Shown here one piece after another: positions 28,555-38,408 of a stretch of DNA of 64,000 bases (the stretch's first letter is position 1; the number at the start of each line of letters is the position of its first letter). The notes under the pieces were generated by a model, which worked only from the letters and a program-made list of their open reading frames with translations, ran no database searches and was not told the DNA's origin. Location of the stretch: the IMG/VR virus record IMGVR_UViG_3300044646_003076; one strand, written 5' to 3'. A program made the position numbers and the translations under genes. Source of the stretch: a virus.

Positions 28555-29801
28555 GTCATCTTTTTGCACCACCGAAACAAGAACAAGATGCATTTGGTAG
28601 ATTAAGAATTTCTGATCCCTTTACTCTAGGTGATTATAAACATATCTTTTATCTTAATCCTGAATTTATTAATGCAGTTTCAGGTGCAGGATCTTCAGTT
28701 TATTACGATAAAAATCAATCTGCAGCTATTCTTCAGGTTGGTGTAACGTCTGGTGCCTATGCGATTCATCAAACAAGACAATATCATCCATATGCACCAG
28801 GAAAATCTCAGCTAATCTTATCTTCTATCAATTTCAAAGAAGCTGTTCCCAATAACATCAGAAGAACAGGATATTTTGATGATCATAATGGAATTTTTGT
28901 AGAAGTTGATGCATCAGGTAGAATAAATTTTGTTATAAGATCTGATGTTTCTGGAGTTATTTCTGAAAGAAGAGTAACCCAATCGGATTGGAATAAAGAT
29001 CCGTTAAACGGTGGTGGTCCTTCTGGTTATAATATCAATATCAATAAAACTCAACTTTTTATTACCGATTTTGAATGGTTAGGTGTTGGAGTTGTCCGAT
29101 GTGGTTTTGCTATTGATGGAAGAAACATAATCTGTCATGAATTTTATAATGCAAATAATCTTGAAACCGTTTACATGAGAATGCCGAATCTTCCTGTTAG
29201 ATGTGAAATTAGAAACGTTGGAACTATTGGAGCTGCTACTTCTTTCACTCAGATTTGCTCAACTGTTATTAGTGAAGGTGGTTATGAGGAAACTGGATTT
29301 GAATGGTCACATACTACACCCCTAAGATCAATTAGTGTTGGATCTTCTTTACCCGCGATTACAATAAAGCTTAAAAATACTTTTAAAGACGATAAAAATA
29401 GAGTAAACGTTAAACTCACTAACGTTTCTGTATTTGCTGTTGGTGGTAATGTTCGCTACGAAATCGTCAAAATTCCAACAAGTGTGGGTATTAATACATC
29501 AGGAACATGGATCTCAGAAAACGATAATTCGGCAGTTGAATACAATCAAACCGCAACTGGTATATCTTCCGTTTATTATGAAGATGTTTCTGGTGGTTAT
29601 GCTGCAGGAAGTAGTCAAAATGCAAACGTTATTAATGGTTCTTCTTCTACAGCACAGATAGGACCAAAAGCCAAAAAGAATTTTATCTGTCAAAATTATG
29701 ATTCTACTGATTCAGAATTATTCTCAGTAAGAGTTTATAATATAGATTCTAGTTATACTGCTCAAGTTGGCGTTTCTATACATTGGAAGGAAATATACTA
29801 A
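28551..29801 (+). CDS. Hypothetical beta-rich protein, probably virion-associated (DAFGRLR family)
   Basis: 416-aa ORF; N-terminal DAFGRLRISDPFTLGDYKH; ATGA overlap with the upstream gene. Confidence 0.65.
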   Translation: MSHLFAPPKQEQDAFGRLRISDPFTLGDYKHIFYLNPEFINAVSGAGSSVYYDKNQSAAILQVGVTSGAYAIHQTRQYHPYAPGKSQLILSSINFKEAVPNNIRRTGYFDDHNGIFVEVDASGRINFVIRSDVSGVISERRVTQSDWNKDPLNGGGPSGYNININKTQLFITDFEWLGVGVVRCGFAIDGRNIICHEFYNANNLETVYMRMPNLPVRCEIRNVGTIGAATSFTQICSTVISEGGYEETGFEWSHTTPLRSISVGSSLPAITIKLKNTFKDDKNRVNVKLTNVSVFAVGGNVRYEIVKIPTSVGINTSGTWISENDNSAVEYNQTATGISSVYYEDVSGGYAAGSSQNANVINGSSSTAQIGPKAKKNFICQNYDSTDSELFSVRVYNIDSSYTAQVGVSIHWKEIY

Positions 29802-29805
29802 ATCC

Positions 29806-29811
29806 TAAATA
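29806..29811 (+). promoter_or_regulatory. Late promoter (CTAAATA)
   Basis: Intergenic TAAATA before ORF 29836. Confidence 0.7.
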
Positions 29812-29835
29812 GGTTATAGTTAAAATTGTCTTATA

Positions 29836-30387
29836 ATGGCTCATAAACCCGTAGGTATTGGTAGTTCTTTTTCGGTTTCATCTGGAGCTGCTACTACATC
29901 ACAACCATTTCAAGTTTATAGTGATACTCTGAGAATTGTATCAACGGCACCCGCTTTTGTTAAAATTGATTCTGAGCCAACGGCATCGCCAAGTAATTAT
30001 TACGTCTCTAACACAAGAGAATATACTTTAGCTCTTTCTCCCACTTCGGCAAGAATTGCTGGAATTACTACTGGTGCAACAACTATTATTGATTTTCTAG
30101 AAGGAACATTTTCTCCTTTTGGTGTGGGTGATTATGTTTCCTTAACATCACCAAATCAATCATATTATAACTTTACTCATAAAAAAGTTCTTAATGTTCA
30201 AACATCAGCAATGGGTGTTGATGGTTATCATTCTCGTAGAATTATTGTTGAGAATAATTCATCGGGTATCGTGACAGCATATACCGCTAATGATGCAGAT
30301 CTTAGAACCTCAGCAAAGATTTCTGCATATGGTTTGGGTGCTGGTGCGATTTATTATCATCAGGTCCAAATCTCTGGTGATGCATAA
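29836..30387 (+). CDS. Conserved hypothetical protein upstream of the prohead protease
   Basis: 183-aa ORF with its own CTAAATA promoter; C-terminal LYYHQVQISG-like end typical of this cyanophage locus. Confidence 0.7.
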   Translation: MAHKPVGIGSSFSVSSGAATTSQPFQVYSDTLRIVSTAPAFVKIDSEPTASPSNYYVSNTREYTLALSPTSARIAGITTGATTIIDFLEGTFSPFGVGDYVSLTSPNQSYYNFTHKKVLNVQTSAMGVDGYHSRRIIVENNSSGIVTAYTANDADLRTSAKISAYGLGAGAIYYHQVQISGDA

Positions 30388-30402
30388 AATCTTCACTTTC
30401 TC

Positions 30403-30408
30403 TAAATA
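30403..30408 (+). promoter_or_regulatory. Late promoter (CTAAATA) for gp21
   Basis: Intergenic TAAATA. Confidence 0.75.
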
Positions 30409-30431
30409 GTTTATAATTATTCCGATTAATA

Positions 30432-31082
30432 ATGAAACTTATTAGAGAAGAAGCTGAATCCGTAAAAATTCTCACAGAAGAAAAGAACGGTAGAAAGACT
30501 CTCTATATTGAGGGTAATTTTATGATGGGTGATAAACCCAATAGAAATAACCGAATCTATCCGATGAATACTTTGAGAAATGCGGTTAGAACTTATAATG
30601 AAAACTTCGTTAAGCAAAATCGCTCTGTTGGTGAACTCAATCATAACAGTACACCCTCTATTGATCTTACTAAAGTTTCCCATATGATTACCAAGCTTGA
30701 AGAGCGAGGTAATTATTTTTATGGTAAAGCAAAAATTCTTAATACTCCAATGGGAACAATCGCCCAATCTCTTATTGATGAAGGAGTTGTTCTCGGTGTG
30801 AGTAGTAGAGCATTAGGTTCCGTTCGGCCCAATAATGAAGGATTCAATGTTGTCGGTGATGATCTTCTGATTTCAACCGTAGACATCGTTGCTGATCCCA
30901 GTGTCGGCTCTGCCGCTTTTGTTAATGGAATCTATGAAGGTAAAGAATGGCTCTATGATACAAAATCAAAAGAGTATGTAGCCTACAATATTAAAAATCA
31001 GATTGAAAAAGATGTTATCGCTCGTAGACTCACTGAAGAAAGAATGCTTCTTCATTTTGAAAATTATCTGAATCTTATCTGA
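30432..31082 (+). CDS. gp21: Prohead core protease
   Basis: MKLIREE...LYIEGNF...NRNNRIYP; GELNH (catalytic His); LGVSSRALGS (catalytic Ser); VDIVADPS...AFVNGIYEGKEW. Confidence 0.97.
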   Translation: MKLIREEAESVKILTEEKNGRKTLYIEGNFMMGDKPNRNNRIYPMNTLRNAVRTYNENFVKQNRSVGELNHNSTPSIDLTKVSHMITKLEERGNYFYGKAKILNTPMGTIAQSLIDEGVVLGVSSRALGSVRPNNEGFNVVGDDLLISTVDIVADPSVGSAAFVNGIYEGKEWLYDTKSKEYVAYNIKNQIEKDVIARRLTEERMLLHFENYLNLI

Positions 31083-31099
31083 TAAAATATCAAGTTTTC

Positions 31100-31109
31100 T
31101 AAATAAATA
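31100..31109 (+). promoter_or_regulatory. Overlapping tandem late promoters for gp22/gp23
   Basis: CTAAATAAATA. Confidence 0.75.
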
Positions 31110-31130
31110 CAGAATCATTAAAACAGGTTA

Positions 31131-32360
31131 TTGGAGAAAAAGATGCCTCGTACTAAAAGAACTCTTAATGAAATGGACGCTAAAAATCCCCATTCAGTGA
31201 CAGCCGTGAATCGTAATGCCAAACCTGGCGAACCGATGAAGAAGCTCACCACTGGTATTCCTGATGGCCAAAGTGGTAATTGGGAAGATCTTGGTGGCCC
31301 AACTCCAGAAAATTCAAAGCCTGATGACGATTCAAATAAACTTGCCGATGCTGGTGCTCGTCTAAAGCGTGTATCCGATGCTGTTACTCGTAATGCTAAA
31401 CCAGCAGAGCCAATGCAAAAGATGCGCGAAGAATACGACGAAGAGGATGAAGATTTAGAATATGAAGAAGATGAAGATCTAGAAGATGAGGATGAAGATC
31501 TTCAGGAAGAGAAAGAAGAAGATGAAGATGAAGAGGACGAAAAGCCTTCTAAGAAGTCCAGAAAGTCCGAGAAAGAAGAAGAGGACGAAGATGAAGAAGA
31601 AGATTCTATGAAAGAATCTGCTGAAGAGGAATTCAATCTTGACGAAGATGTTGAGGCTATCGTGGCCGGTGAAGGTCTTTCTGAAGAATTCAAAGAAAAG
31701 ACTCGCGTGATTTATGAGGCTGCGGTTCGCTCTAAAGTCGGCGAAATCCGCGATCGTCTTGAAGAGCAATATCAAGCCGCTCTCGTTGAAGAAGTTCAAG
31801 AGATCGCTGTTGAACTTCAAGAGCGTGTTGATGCTTATCTAGAGTATGTTGCTGACGAGTGGATGACCGATAATCAACTCGCCATTGAATATGGTATTAA
31901 GGAACAGATCGCTGAATCTTTCCTTAGTAATCTGTTTAAACTTTTTGAAGATCATAATGTAAATCTCCCTGAGGAGAAGTATGATGTAGTAGAGAATATG
32001 GTAGAAAAACTTGATGAGATGGAGAATAAACTCAACGAGCAAATCGAGAAAAATATGCAACTAACTCAGAAACTCTCTGAGTCCACTGCAGATAAAATCT
32101 TTGATGAAGTTGCTACTGGTCTAGCCAGAACACAACAAGAAAAGCTCGCTTCACTTGCAGAGAGTGTTGAGTTTGAGAGTGAGGAAACCTATCGTGACAA
32201 ATTAGAGACTCTTCGGGAATCTTATTTCCCTCAACAAAAGAGAAGTCTAAATGCTCAACTTGAAACGCTATCTGAAGGTACTGAAGTTCCTTCTGCACCT
32301 GATTATTCTGGTGCAATGGAACAATATCTTAGAGTCGCTTCGCTTTCAGCAAAAATTTGA
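31131..32360 (+). CDS. gp22: Prohead core scaffold protein (true start probably ATG 31143)
   Basis: WEDLGGPTPENSKPDDDSNKL; acidic tract; GEGLSEEFKEK...FEAAV-like motif; YLEYVADEWM; ETYRDKLETLRESYF. Confidence 0.95.
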   Translation: MEKKMPRTKRTLNEMDAKNPHSVTAVNRNAKPGEPMKKLTTGIPDGQSGNWEDLGGPTPENSKPDDDSNKLADAGARLKRVSDAVTRNAKPAEPMQKMREEYDEEDEDLEYEEDEDLEDEDEDLQEEKEEDEDEEDEKPSKKSRKSEKEEEDEDEEEDSMKESAEEEFNLDEDVEAIVAGEGLSEEFKEKTRVIYEAAVRSKVGEIRDRLEEQYQAALVEEVQEIAVELQERVDAYLEYVADEWMTDNQLAIEYGIKEQIAESFLSNLFKLFEDHNVNLPEEKYDVVENMVEKLDEMENKLNEQIEKNMQLTQKLSESTADKIFDEVATGLARTQQEKLASLAESVEFESEETYRDKLETLRESYFPQQKRSLNAQLETLSEGTEVPSAPDYSGAMEQYLRVASLSAKI

Positions 32361-32408
32361 ATTTAACATTCAATCAAACCAAAACACCACATTTAAGAGG
32401 TAAAGTAA

Positions 32409-33815
32409 ATGTTTACTGTTGACACTCATCTGCTAGAAAAGTGGAATCCACTTTTAAATCTTCCAGAACTAGATCCAATTAAAGATTCTCATCGTAGAGC
32501 TGTTACCGCACAGCTCCTAGAAAATACCGAAAATTCTCTTCGGGACATCGAAGCTTTTGATCGTGGCTCTCTTCTAACAGAATCTCCCACTAACTCAGCC
32601 AACGCTCCAGGTTTTTCTGGTGGTTATGGTAGTGCATCCGCTGCCGCTGGTCCTGTAGCCGGTTTTGATCCAATTCTAATCAGCCTTATTCGCCGCGCTA
32701 TGCCGAATCTGGTTGCTTATGATCTAGCTGGCGTACAACCTATGAATGGTCCTGCCGGTCTAATTTTTGCCATGCGCAGTCGTTATACTAATCAAAGTGG
32801 CGCTGAGACCTTCTTTGATGAAGTGAACACTTCATTCTCTGGTCAAAATAGTGGCTTCAATCTTGCCGGTTTCGGTTCAACCGCTGCTGGTATTGGTACC
32901 ACTACTCAACGTGGTAGCAATCCTGGTCTACTGAACCCAACTGAAACTTCAACTGAAGTCTTTAATGTTGGTCAAGGTATGGAAACTGGCGATGCTGAAA
33001 ATCTTGGTAATGGCGTTGATAATCAGTTCAATGAAATGTCATTCAGCATTGAGCGAGTTCCTGTTCAAGCTCAAAGCCGCGCACTTGCTGGTGAGTATAG
33101 CTTAGAGCTGATGCAGGATCTAAAAGCGATCCATAACCTTTCTGCCGAAGGTGAACTCGCTAATATTCTTTCCACCGAGATTCTTTCTGAAATCAACCGG
33201 GAAGTTATGCGGACAATTTATCTGACTGCAGAACAAGGTGCTGTTAATAACGTAGCCACTCCTGGTGTATTTGACCTTGATATTGACTCCAATGGCCGTT
33301 GGTCTGTTGAGAAATTTAAAGGCCTTATTTACCAGATTGAAAGAGATGCTAACGCTATTAACCAGCGTACTCGTAGAGGAAAGGGTAACGTTATCACATG
33401 CTCCGCTGATGTGGCTTCTGCGCTAACTATGGCTGGTGTGCTTGATTATACTCCTGCTCTTGATACTAATCTTAATGTTGATGATAGTGCTGATCTGTTT
33501 GCTGGAACCATGCAGCGAGGCAGATATAGAGTTTATATTGATCCATTTATGTCTAACGTAAGTAATACCCACTTTTATGTGGTTGGTTACAAGGGTAAGA
33601 ATGCTATGGATGCTGGACTATTTTATTGTCCCTATATTCCACTTCAAATGGTACGTGCTGTTGATCCCAAAACTTTTCAACCTCGTCTCGGATTTAAGAG
33701 TAGATACGGAATGGTTGCTAATCCTTACGCAGAAGGTCTAACTCAAGGTCTAGGTCGTCTTCGTACCAATAGCAATAGATATTACAGAAGAGTTGCTGTA
33801 CGAAATTTAATGTGA
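32409..33815 (+). CDS. gp23: Major capsid protein
   Basis: FDPILISLIRRAMPNLVAYDLAGVQPMNGPAGLIFAMRSRY; FYCPYIPLQMVRA; FQPRLGFKSRYG; putative gp21 cleavage site LLTE|SP. Confidence 0.98.
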   Translation: MFTVDTHLLEKWNPLLNLPELDPIKDSHRRAVTAQLLENTENSLRDIEAFDRGSLLTESPTNSANAPGFSGGYGSASAAAGPVAGFDPILISLIRRAMPNLVAYDLAGVQPMNGPAGLIFAMRSRYTNQSGAETFFDEVNTSFSGQNSGFNLAGFGSTAAGIGTTTQRGSNPGLLNPTETSTEVFNVGQGMETGDAENLGNGVDNQFNEMSFSIERVPVQAQSRALAGEYSLELMQDLKAIHNLSAEGELANILSTEILSEINREVMRTIYLTAEQGAVNNVATPGVFDLDIDSNGRWSVEKFKGLIYQIERDANAINQRTRRGKGNVITCSADVASALTMAGVLDYTPALDTNLNVDDSADLFAGTMQRGRYRVYIDPFMSNVSNTHFYVVGYKGKNAMDAGLFYCPYIPLQMVRAVDPKTFQPRLGFKSRYGMVANPYAEGLTQGLGRLRTNSNRYYRRVAVRNLM

Positions 33816-33837
33816 GCTACTGCTTACATTTTTGTAG

Positions 33838-33862
33838 AGGAGGCAGAAATGCCTCCTTTTTT
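33838..33862 (+). terminator. Intrinsic terminator after gp23
   Basis: AGGAGGCA-GAAA-TGCCTCCT (8-bp stem, GNRA loop) followed by a T run. Confidence 0.9.
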
Positions 33863-35366
33863 ATTGCAATTTTAATCTCAAATAACCACAATCAAATAAC
33901 TTCTTATACTTCGGCTTATCACAATAAAAACACTCATGTTCATTCCCATTACATTCTTCTTCAATAATATCACGATTAAACAAAAATAAGTATCTCCTAT
34001 TAGTATAATAATAACTAGGAGCAATAACAGAATCAACAACAAATCCATAACTTTTTAATAATTTACCATCAGAAAAACGACGATCAATATCGCAATATAA
34101 ATCACCAGAATTAAACTTCTTAAATTCATCTAAACACATCTTAAATCCACCAATAACACTAACACCCATTCTTGATTCATTCCTAACAACAAACCATTTA
34201 TTATCAATAAGCTTAAAACACAATAAATGAATCAGACTACGTTTATCATATAAACCAACAGAGATAAACTCATCTTCTAACGAACCAAAGATACTATTTG
34301 TAACTAAAAATTCATTAGATATTTTCTTATCAATAAATTTAACCTGACACTCTTTACTATGAATTCGTCTATTCTTTAATAACTTTCTTTTCACTAGACT
34401 CTTACAAATTAAATTATTATAATCCCATTCAGAGCTAAAAAATTGTATAAGTTGAACACCATTCTCTAAAGCTTTTTCAGTCTTAATTAAATGATATTCT
34501 GGCCCCTTGATTAAACAAGGCTTTTTCTCATTAGGCTTATAACAGTGTGAATATAATCCATTATACTCAAAAGCAATATTTTTAGAAGGAACAAAAACAT
34601 CTAATTCTTTTCCACGTAAAAGAAATCTATCATTTCCAATAACATTACAATCCGTTATTCTTTTAACATATGATGATAATTTCTTCTCTCCTTTACTTGT
34701 AAACTTACGAGTAGGAACATGTTCATTTGAACTTCTTATTCTGATGTCATGTTTGATTAATGCCTCACGAACGTAAGCAACATTAGACGAAAGAATCTTT
34801 GCTATTTGACGATAAGTGAGTTTTTGTGTAACATATAGATCATACATTTTATTTTTATCTTCTAATGTGGCTTTTGTTTCTTCGCTGATTGCTCTCGCAT
34901 TTTTAACAGCATCTTTTAATCCATGTTTTTCTATCCATCTAACAACAGTTGGCTCCGAAACTCCAAGTTCTTTTCCTATACGCTCATAACCTTTCTTTAA
35001 AACGACTCGTTGATTATAAACCCAATCATAATTTCCCAATTTATTCTTCACTTCGTCTGAAATCTTACAATCTCCTCTATGACATTCTGGGCCACAATAA
35101 AGTCTAAAACCTTCAATGGCATTTCCATAATTTAATATAGCAGGTCTACCACAATTCGCTTTACATTGAGGAATATTGGCTTTGGTGATATTATTTTTAA
35201 TACAATAAGCTCTAGATCTTAGTTGTATATTATCATAATAATCATCTAGAAAGAGGGTTTCTTTTTCTATTGCTTCTCTTAATTCTTTTTTAGTTGCAAG
35301 AGATATAAAACCACCTTTGTCCCAATGCTCTTCAATAATCTTCTTCAAATCCATAACAGCACTCAT
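33861..35366 (-). CDS. Free-standing Hef-like homing endonuclease (PD-(D/E)xK/Vsr-like nuclease with N-terminal Zn-finger-like and HTH modules)
   Basis: ELDVFVPSKNIAFEYNGLYSH nuclease motif; KTEKALENGVQLIQFFSSEW; C-terminal LFDCG; HTH segments (RIGKELGVSEPTVVRWI; RQIAKILSSNVAYVREAL); CxxxC...CxxxC. Confidence 0.75.
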   Translation of the reverse strand: MSAVMDLKKIIEEHWDKGGFISLATKKELREAIEKETLFLDDYYDNIQLRSRAYCIKNNITKANIPQCKANCGRPAILNYGNAIEGFRLYCGPECHRGDCKISDEVKNKLGNYDWVYNQRVVLKKGYERIGKELGVSEPTVVRWIEKHGLKDAVKNARAISEETKATLEDKNKMYDLYVTQKLTYRQIAKILSSNVAYVREALIKHDIRIRSSNEHVPTRKFTSKGEKKLSSYVKRITDCNVIGNDRFLLRGKELDVFVPSKNIAFEYNGLYSHCYKPNEKKPCLIKGPEYHLIKTEKALENGVQLIQFFSSEWDYNNLICKSLVKRKLLKNRRIHSKECQVKFIDKKISNEFLVTNSIFGSLEDEFISVGLYDKRSLIHLLCFKLIDNKWFVVRNESRMGVSVIGGFKMCLDEFKKFNSGDLYCDIDRRFSDGKLLKSYGFVVDSVIAPSYYYTNRRYLFLFNRDIIEEECNGNEHECFYCDKPKYKKLFDCGYLRLKLQ

Positions 35367-35379
35367 TCTTCACTTCACC

Positions 35380-35408
35380 ATCTTAGCACAATAACTCCAT
35401 TTTGTCAA
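35380..35408 (-). promoter_or_regulatory. Sigma70-like early promoter driving the endonuclease gene
   Basis: Minus strand TTGACA (35408-35403), 17-bp spacer ending TGTGC, -10 TAAGAT (35385-35380). Confidence 0.8.
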
Positions 35409-35419
35409 GTTCATTCTGA

Positions 35420-35425
35420 TAAATA
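35420..35425 (+). promoter_or_regulatory. Late promoter for gp3-uvsY-uvsW
   Basis: ATAAATA, back-to-back with the leftward sigma70 promoter. Confidence 0.7.
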
Positions 35426-35446
35426 ATCAATCAATAACATTCAATA

Positions 35447-36013
35447 ATGCCCGATACATCTTATAACATTCCAAGTAATCAAATAGAAAATAGAAACTTT
35501 TCATATCCAACAAAATATCGCTTTACTCTAAACCGATATCCTAAAGCGATATTTTTTGCTAATTCTGCTTCTATTCCTGGACTTGAATTAACATTGGCAA
35601 CACAACCAACTTCTCTAGGAAGAGACATTCCACAACCAGGAAATAAACTCCGAATGGATTCATTTGATTTAAGATTTATCGTAGACGAGGATCTAGTCAA
35701 TTATAATGAAATCAATAAATGGTTAAGAGGTCTTGGATATCCAGAATCATTGCAACAAATTTACGATTTACAAAAAGAAGGTAATAATAACTCATATAAG
35801 TCTGGACTAGATTTATATTCCGATGGTACTCTTCAAGTTCTTAATTCTAATGATAAGCCTACAGTACAAGTTCGTTATTATGACTTATTTCCATTTTCAA
35901 TAACACCACTGGTTTTTGATGCCACAATCTCTAAGCCAGATCCATTTCTTGCCACGGTCAAGTTCCAATATACATACTTTGAACTTTTGGATAAGAGTGG
36001 AAATCCTCTATGA
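35447..36013 (+). CDS. gp3: Tail completion / sheath stabilizer
   Basis: NRNFSYPTKYRFTL; FFANSASIPG; FIVDEDLVNYNEI.KWLRGLGYPE; YSDGTLQVLNSN. Confidence 0.92.
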   Translation: MPDTSYNIPSNQIENRNFSYPTKYRFTLNRYPKAIFFANSASIPGLELTLATQPTSLGRDIPQPGNKLRMDSFDLRFIVDEDLVNYNEINKWLRGLGYPESLQQIYDLQKEGNNNSYKSGLDLYSDGTLQVLNSNDKPTVQVRYYDLFPFSITPLVFDATISKPDPFLATVKFQYTYFELLDKSGNPL

Positions 36014-36435
36014 AGCATAGTGAAATTGAACAAATGTGGAAACAAGACTCGGTTATTGATCCCGATAATCTTCATCTTGAGTCCATAAAAATTCCACAAT
36101 TACATGGAAAATATTATGAAATTTTAAACCGAGTTTTTATTCTTAAAAAACAAAAAGAATTAGAATACAAAAGACTTTATAAGAATCAATGGTTATATTT
36201 CTCAGGTAAAGCCGATCCCGAAGTTTACCAAGAAAAGCCATTTCCCCATAAGATTATGAAGCAAGATGTTGGAATTTATATTGAAGCTGATGAGGATCTT
36301 AATAAAATCAAAAGCATGTTAGAGTATTATTCACATACGATTGATTATCTTAAAGACATTCTTAAGCAGATTCATAATCGCACTTTTCAGATTAGAGATA
36401 ATATAGAATACAGTAAATTTATCGCAGGTCAATAA
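36010..36435 (+). CDS. uvsY: Recombination mediator
   Basis: MWKQDSVIDPDNLHLESIKIPQLHGKYYE; YFSGKADPEVY.EKPF; IHNRTFQIRDNIE. Confidence 0.95.
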   Translation: MKHSEIEQMWKQDSVIDPDNLHLESIKIPQLHGKYYEILNRVFILKKQKELEYKRLYKNQWLYFSGKADPEVYQEKPFPHKIMKQDVGIYIEADEDLNKIKSMLEYYSHTIDYLKDILKQIHNRTFQIRDNIEYSKFIAGQ

Positions 36436-37898
36436 TGGCTGATGTAACAATTCAAAAGAAAAATGAGATTTACATAAAACTCATATGTGAACCATACGTT
36501 CTTTATGAAATGGCACAATACTTCACCTTTGATGTTCCTGGTGCGAAGTATTCACCTGCATACAAAAAGGGTGGTTGGGATGGTAAGATTTCACTTCTCT
36601 CAACGTCTACTGGTGAAATCTATTGTGGTCTTTTGGATAGAATTATCGCTAAGCTGAAGATTCATGGATTTTCTTATGAATTTAAAGACAATAAGCAATA
36701 CGGCTTACCCTTTGAGATCAATCCAGAAATAACACTAGAAGGTGTCACTGGATTCATGAATGTTCTTGGACCAAAAGCCAATCTTATTCCCGATGATTAT
36801 CAAATTAATGCAGTATATGAATGTCTAAAGTACAACAGAAAAACAATCGTATCACCCACATCTTCTGGTAAAACATTCCAGATTTTTGGATTGGTTCGCT
36901 ATTATATGATGAAGAATTATAAGATTCTTATTGTCTTTCCTCAAACAAGTCTTATTCGGCAAACCTATAAAGAATTTGAAGACTATGGATTAGATTCAGA
37001 ATCTACTTGTCATATGATCTATCAAGGACAATATAAAAAATCAGATAAGCAAGTACATCTTTCAACTTATCAATCCATTTATGATCTAGATAAATCTTTT
37101 TTCAACCAATATGATGTTGTTATTGTTGATGAGTGTCACAGAACAACATCAAAGAGTCTTATTGGTATTATGAAGAAATGTCCTGACGTGAAGTATCGTT
37201 TTGGATTTACTGGAACTCTTAGTAACAACGATGATTCAAAAGCTCCTAACGAATTAACAATTTCTGGACTTTTTGGACCTTCTTATAGAACCACCAATAC
37301 CAAAGAACTCATTGAAAAAGGAAGAGTTTCACAATTAGATATTCGTTGTGTTGTTCTAAAGCACAAACCACAAAAGTTTGATCGTTATGAAGATGAAGTT
37401 CAATATCTTATTAGTAACGAAAAAAGAAACAATTTTATCTGCGATCTTTCTAGTAAACTCAACAACAACACTCTTGTTATATTCTCCAGAGTTGAGAGTC
37501 ATGGTCAACTGCTTTATGATATTCTAAAAGAAAATAAGAACAAAAAAATCTTCTTTATTCATGGTGGTGTTGAGGTTGAAGAGCGCGAAAGAGTTAGACA
37601 GATTTGTGAACAAGAAAATAATGCAATTATTATCGCATCTTATGGTGTCTTTAGTACCGGAATTAATATTAAGAATTTACACAACATCATATTGGCATCT
37701 TCTTCTAAAGGAAAAATTCGGATTCTTCAGACTATCGGTAGAGGATTAAGAAAACACAAGTCTAAAGATAGAGCAACTCTTTATGATATCGCTGATGATT
37801 GTGGAAAAAATTACACTCTTAATCATTTCTTAGAAAGAATCAAAATTTATAATGAAGAAGAATTTGATTATGACATTAAGACCATAGAACTCAAGTAA
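36435..37898 (+). CDS. uvsW: SF2 RNA-DNA/DNA-DNA helicase
   Basis: SPTSSGKT, VIVDECH, GFTGTL, STGINIKNLHN, LQTIGRGLRK. Confidence 0.96.
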   Translation: MADVTIQKKNEIYIKLICEPYVLYEMAQYFTFDVPGAKYSPAYKKGGWDGKISLLSTSTGEIYCGLLDRIIAKLKIHGFSYEFKDNKQYGLPFEINPEITLEGVTGFMNVLGPKANLIPDDYQINAVYECLKYNRKTIVSPTSSGKTFQIFGLVRYYMMKNYKILIVFPQTSLIRQTYKEFEDYGLDSESTCHMIYQGQYKKSDKQVHLSTYQSIYDLDKSFFNQYDVVIVDECHRTTSKSLIGIMKKCPDVKYRFGFTGTLSNNDDSKAPNELTISGLFGPSYRTTNTKELIEKGRVSQLDIRCVVLKHKPQKFDRYEDEVQYLISNEKRNNFICDLSSKLNNNTLVIFSRVESHGQLLYDILKENKNKKIFFIHGGVEVEERERVRQICEQENNAIIIASYGVFSTGINIKNLHNIILASSSKGKIRILQTIGRGLRKHKSKDRATLYDIADDCGKNYTLNHFLERIKIYNEEEFDYDIKTIELK

Positions 37899-38203
37899 TC
37901 TTTAATCTTAATATACTTTTTGATGTAGTGTGGAGTGTTTGGATTATATGCTACACTGCGACGAACAAGACAATGATCATCGGATGCTAGATGTTCTAGA
38001 ACTTTTGGTGGTGTGTTTGGATTATATGCTACACTGCGACGAACAAGACAATGATCATCGGATGCTAGATGTTCTAGAAATTTTGGTGGTGTGTTTGGAT
38101 TTAGTGCTACCCTATAACGAACCAACCAATCCTCATCGGTCGCTAGTTGTTCTAGAGTTTTTGGTGAAGTGTTTGGATTACTGGCTTGTTCAAGTTTGTT
38201 CAT
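37868..38203 (-). CDS. LRV/HEAT-like repeat protein A (three 26-aa repeats); ATG 38203 preferred over the track's TTG 38209
   Basis: Repeat NPNTPPKxLExLATDxxxxVRxxVAx; shared N-cap MNKLEQAS and C-cap NPNTPHYIKKYIKI. Confidence 0.85.
   Translation of the reverse strand: MNKLEQASNPNTSPKTLEQLATDEDWLVRYRVALNPNTPPKFLEHLASDDHCLVRRSVAYNPNTPPKVLEHLASDDHCLVRRSVAYNPNTPHYIKKYIKIKDYLSSMVLMS
37941..38096. repeat. Near-perfect 78-bp tandem duplication inside LRV protein A
   Basis: 37941-38018 and 38019-38096 differ at one base (Val vs Phe codon). Confidence 0.95.
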
Positions 38204-38408
38204 AATCAATTCTCATCTTTTGTATAAACTTGTTCACATTCACCTCTCCTCTTACATACAATAATAACTCTAGTTGTTGAAAATAATTCAAGATTTTTAT
38301 TCAGACAAGATAAATTTTTACCAGAATTACAAATCATAATCGTTGTTATGAAATCAAGCATTTAAGGTTCCTAATATAATTGCGTTGTTTATTATTATGA
38401 AAGAATTG

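Noticed and set aside
31430-31630. Glu/Asp-rich low-complexity tract and long antisense ORFs in gp22
   Set aside because: Acidic linkers are normal in T4-like scaffold proteins, and the antisense ORFs follow from GAA/GAT codon runs.
38206-38337. 43-aa minus-strand ORF (MICNSGKNLSC...) between LRV genes B and A
   Set aside because: It fits the gap and ends next to the gene A start, but there is no recognisable motif or clear RBS, so support is too weak to call.
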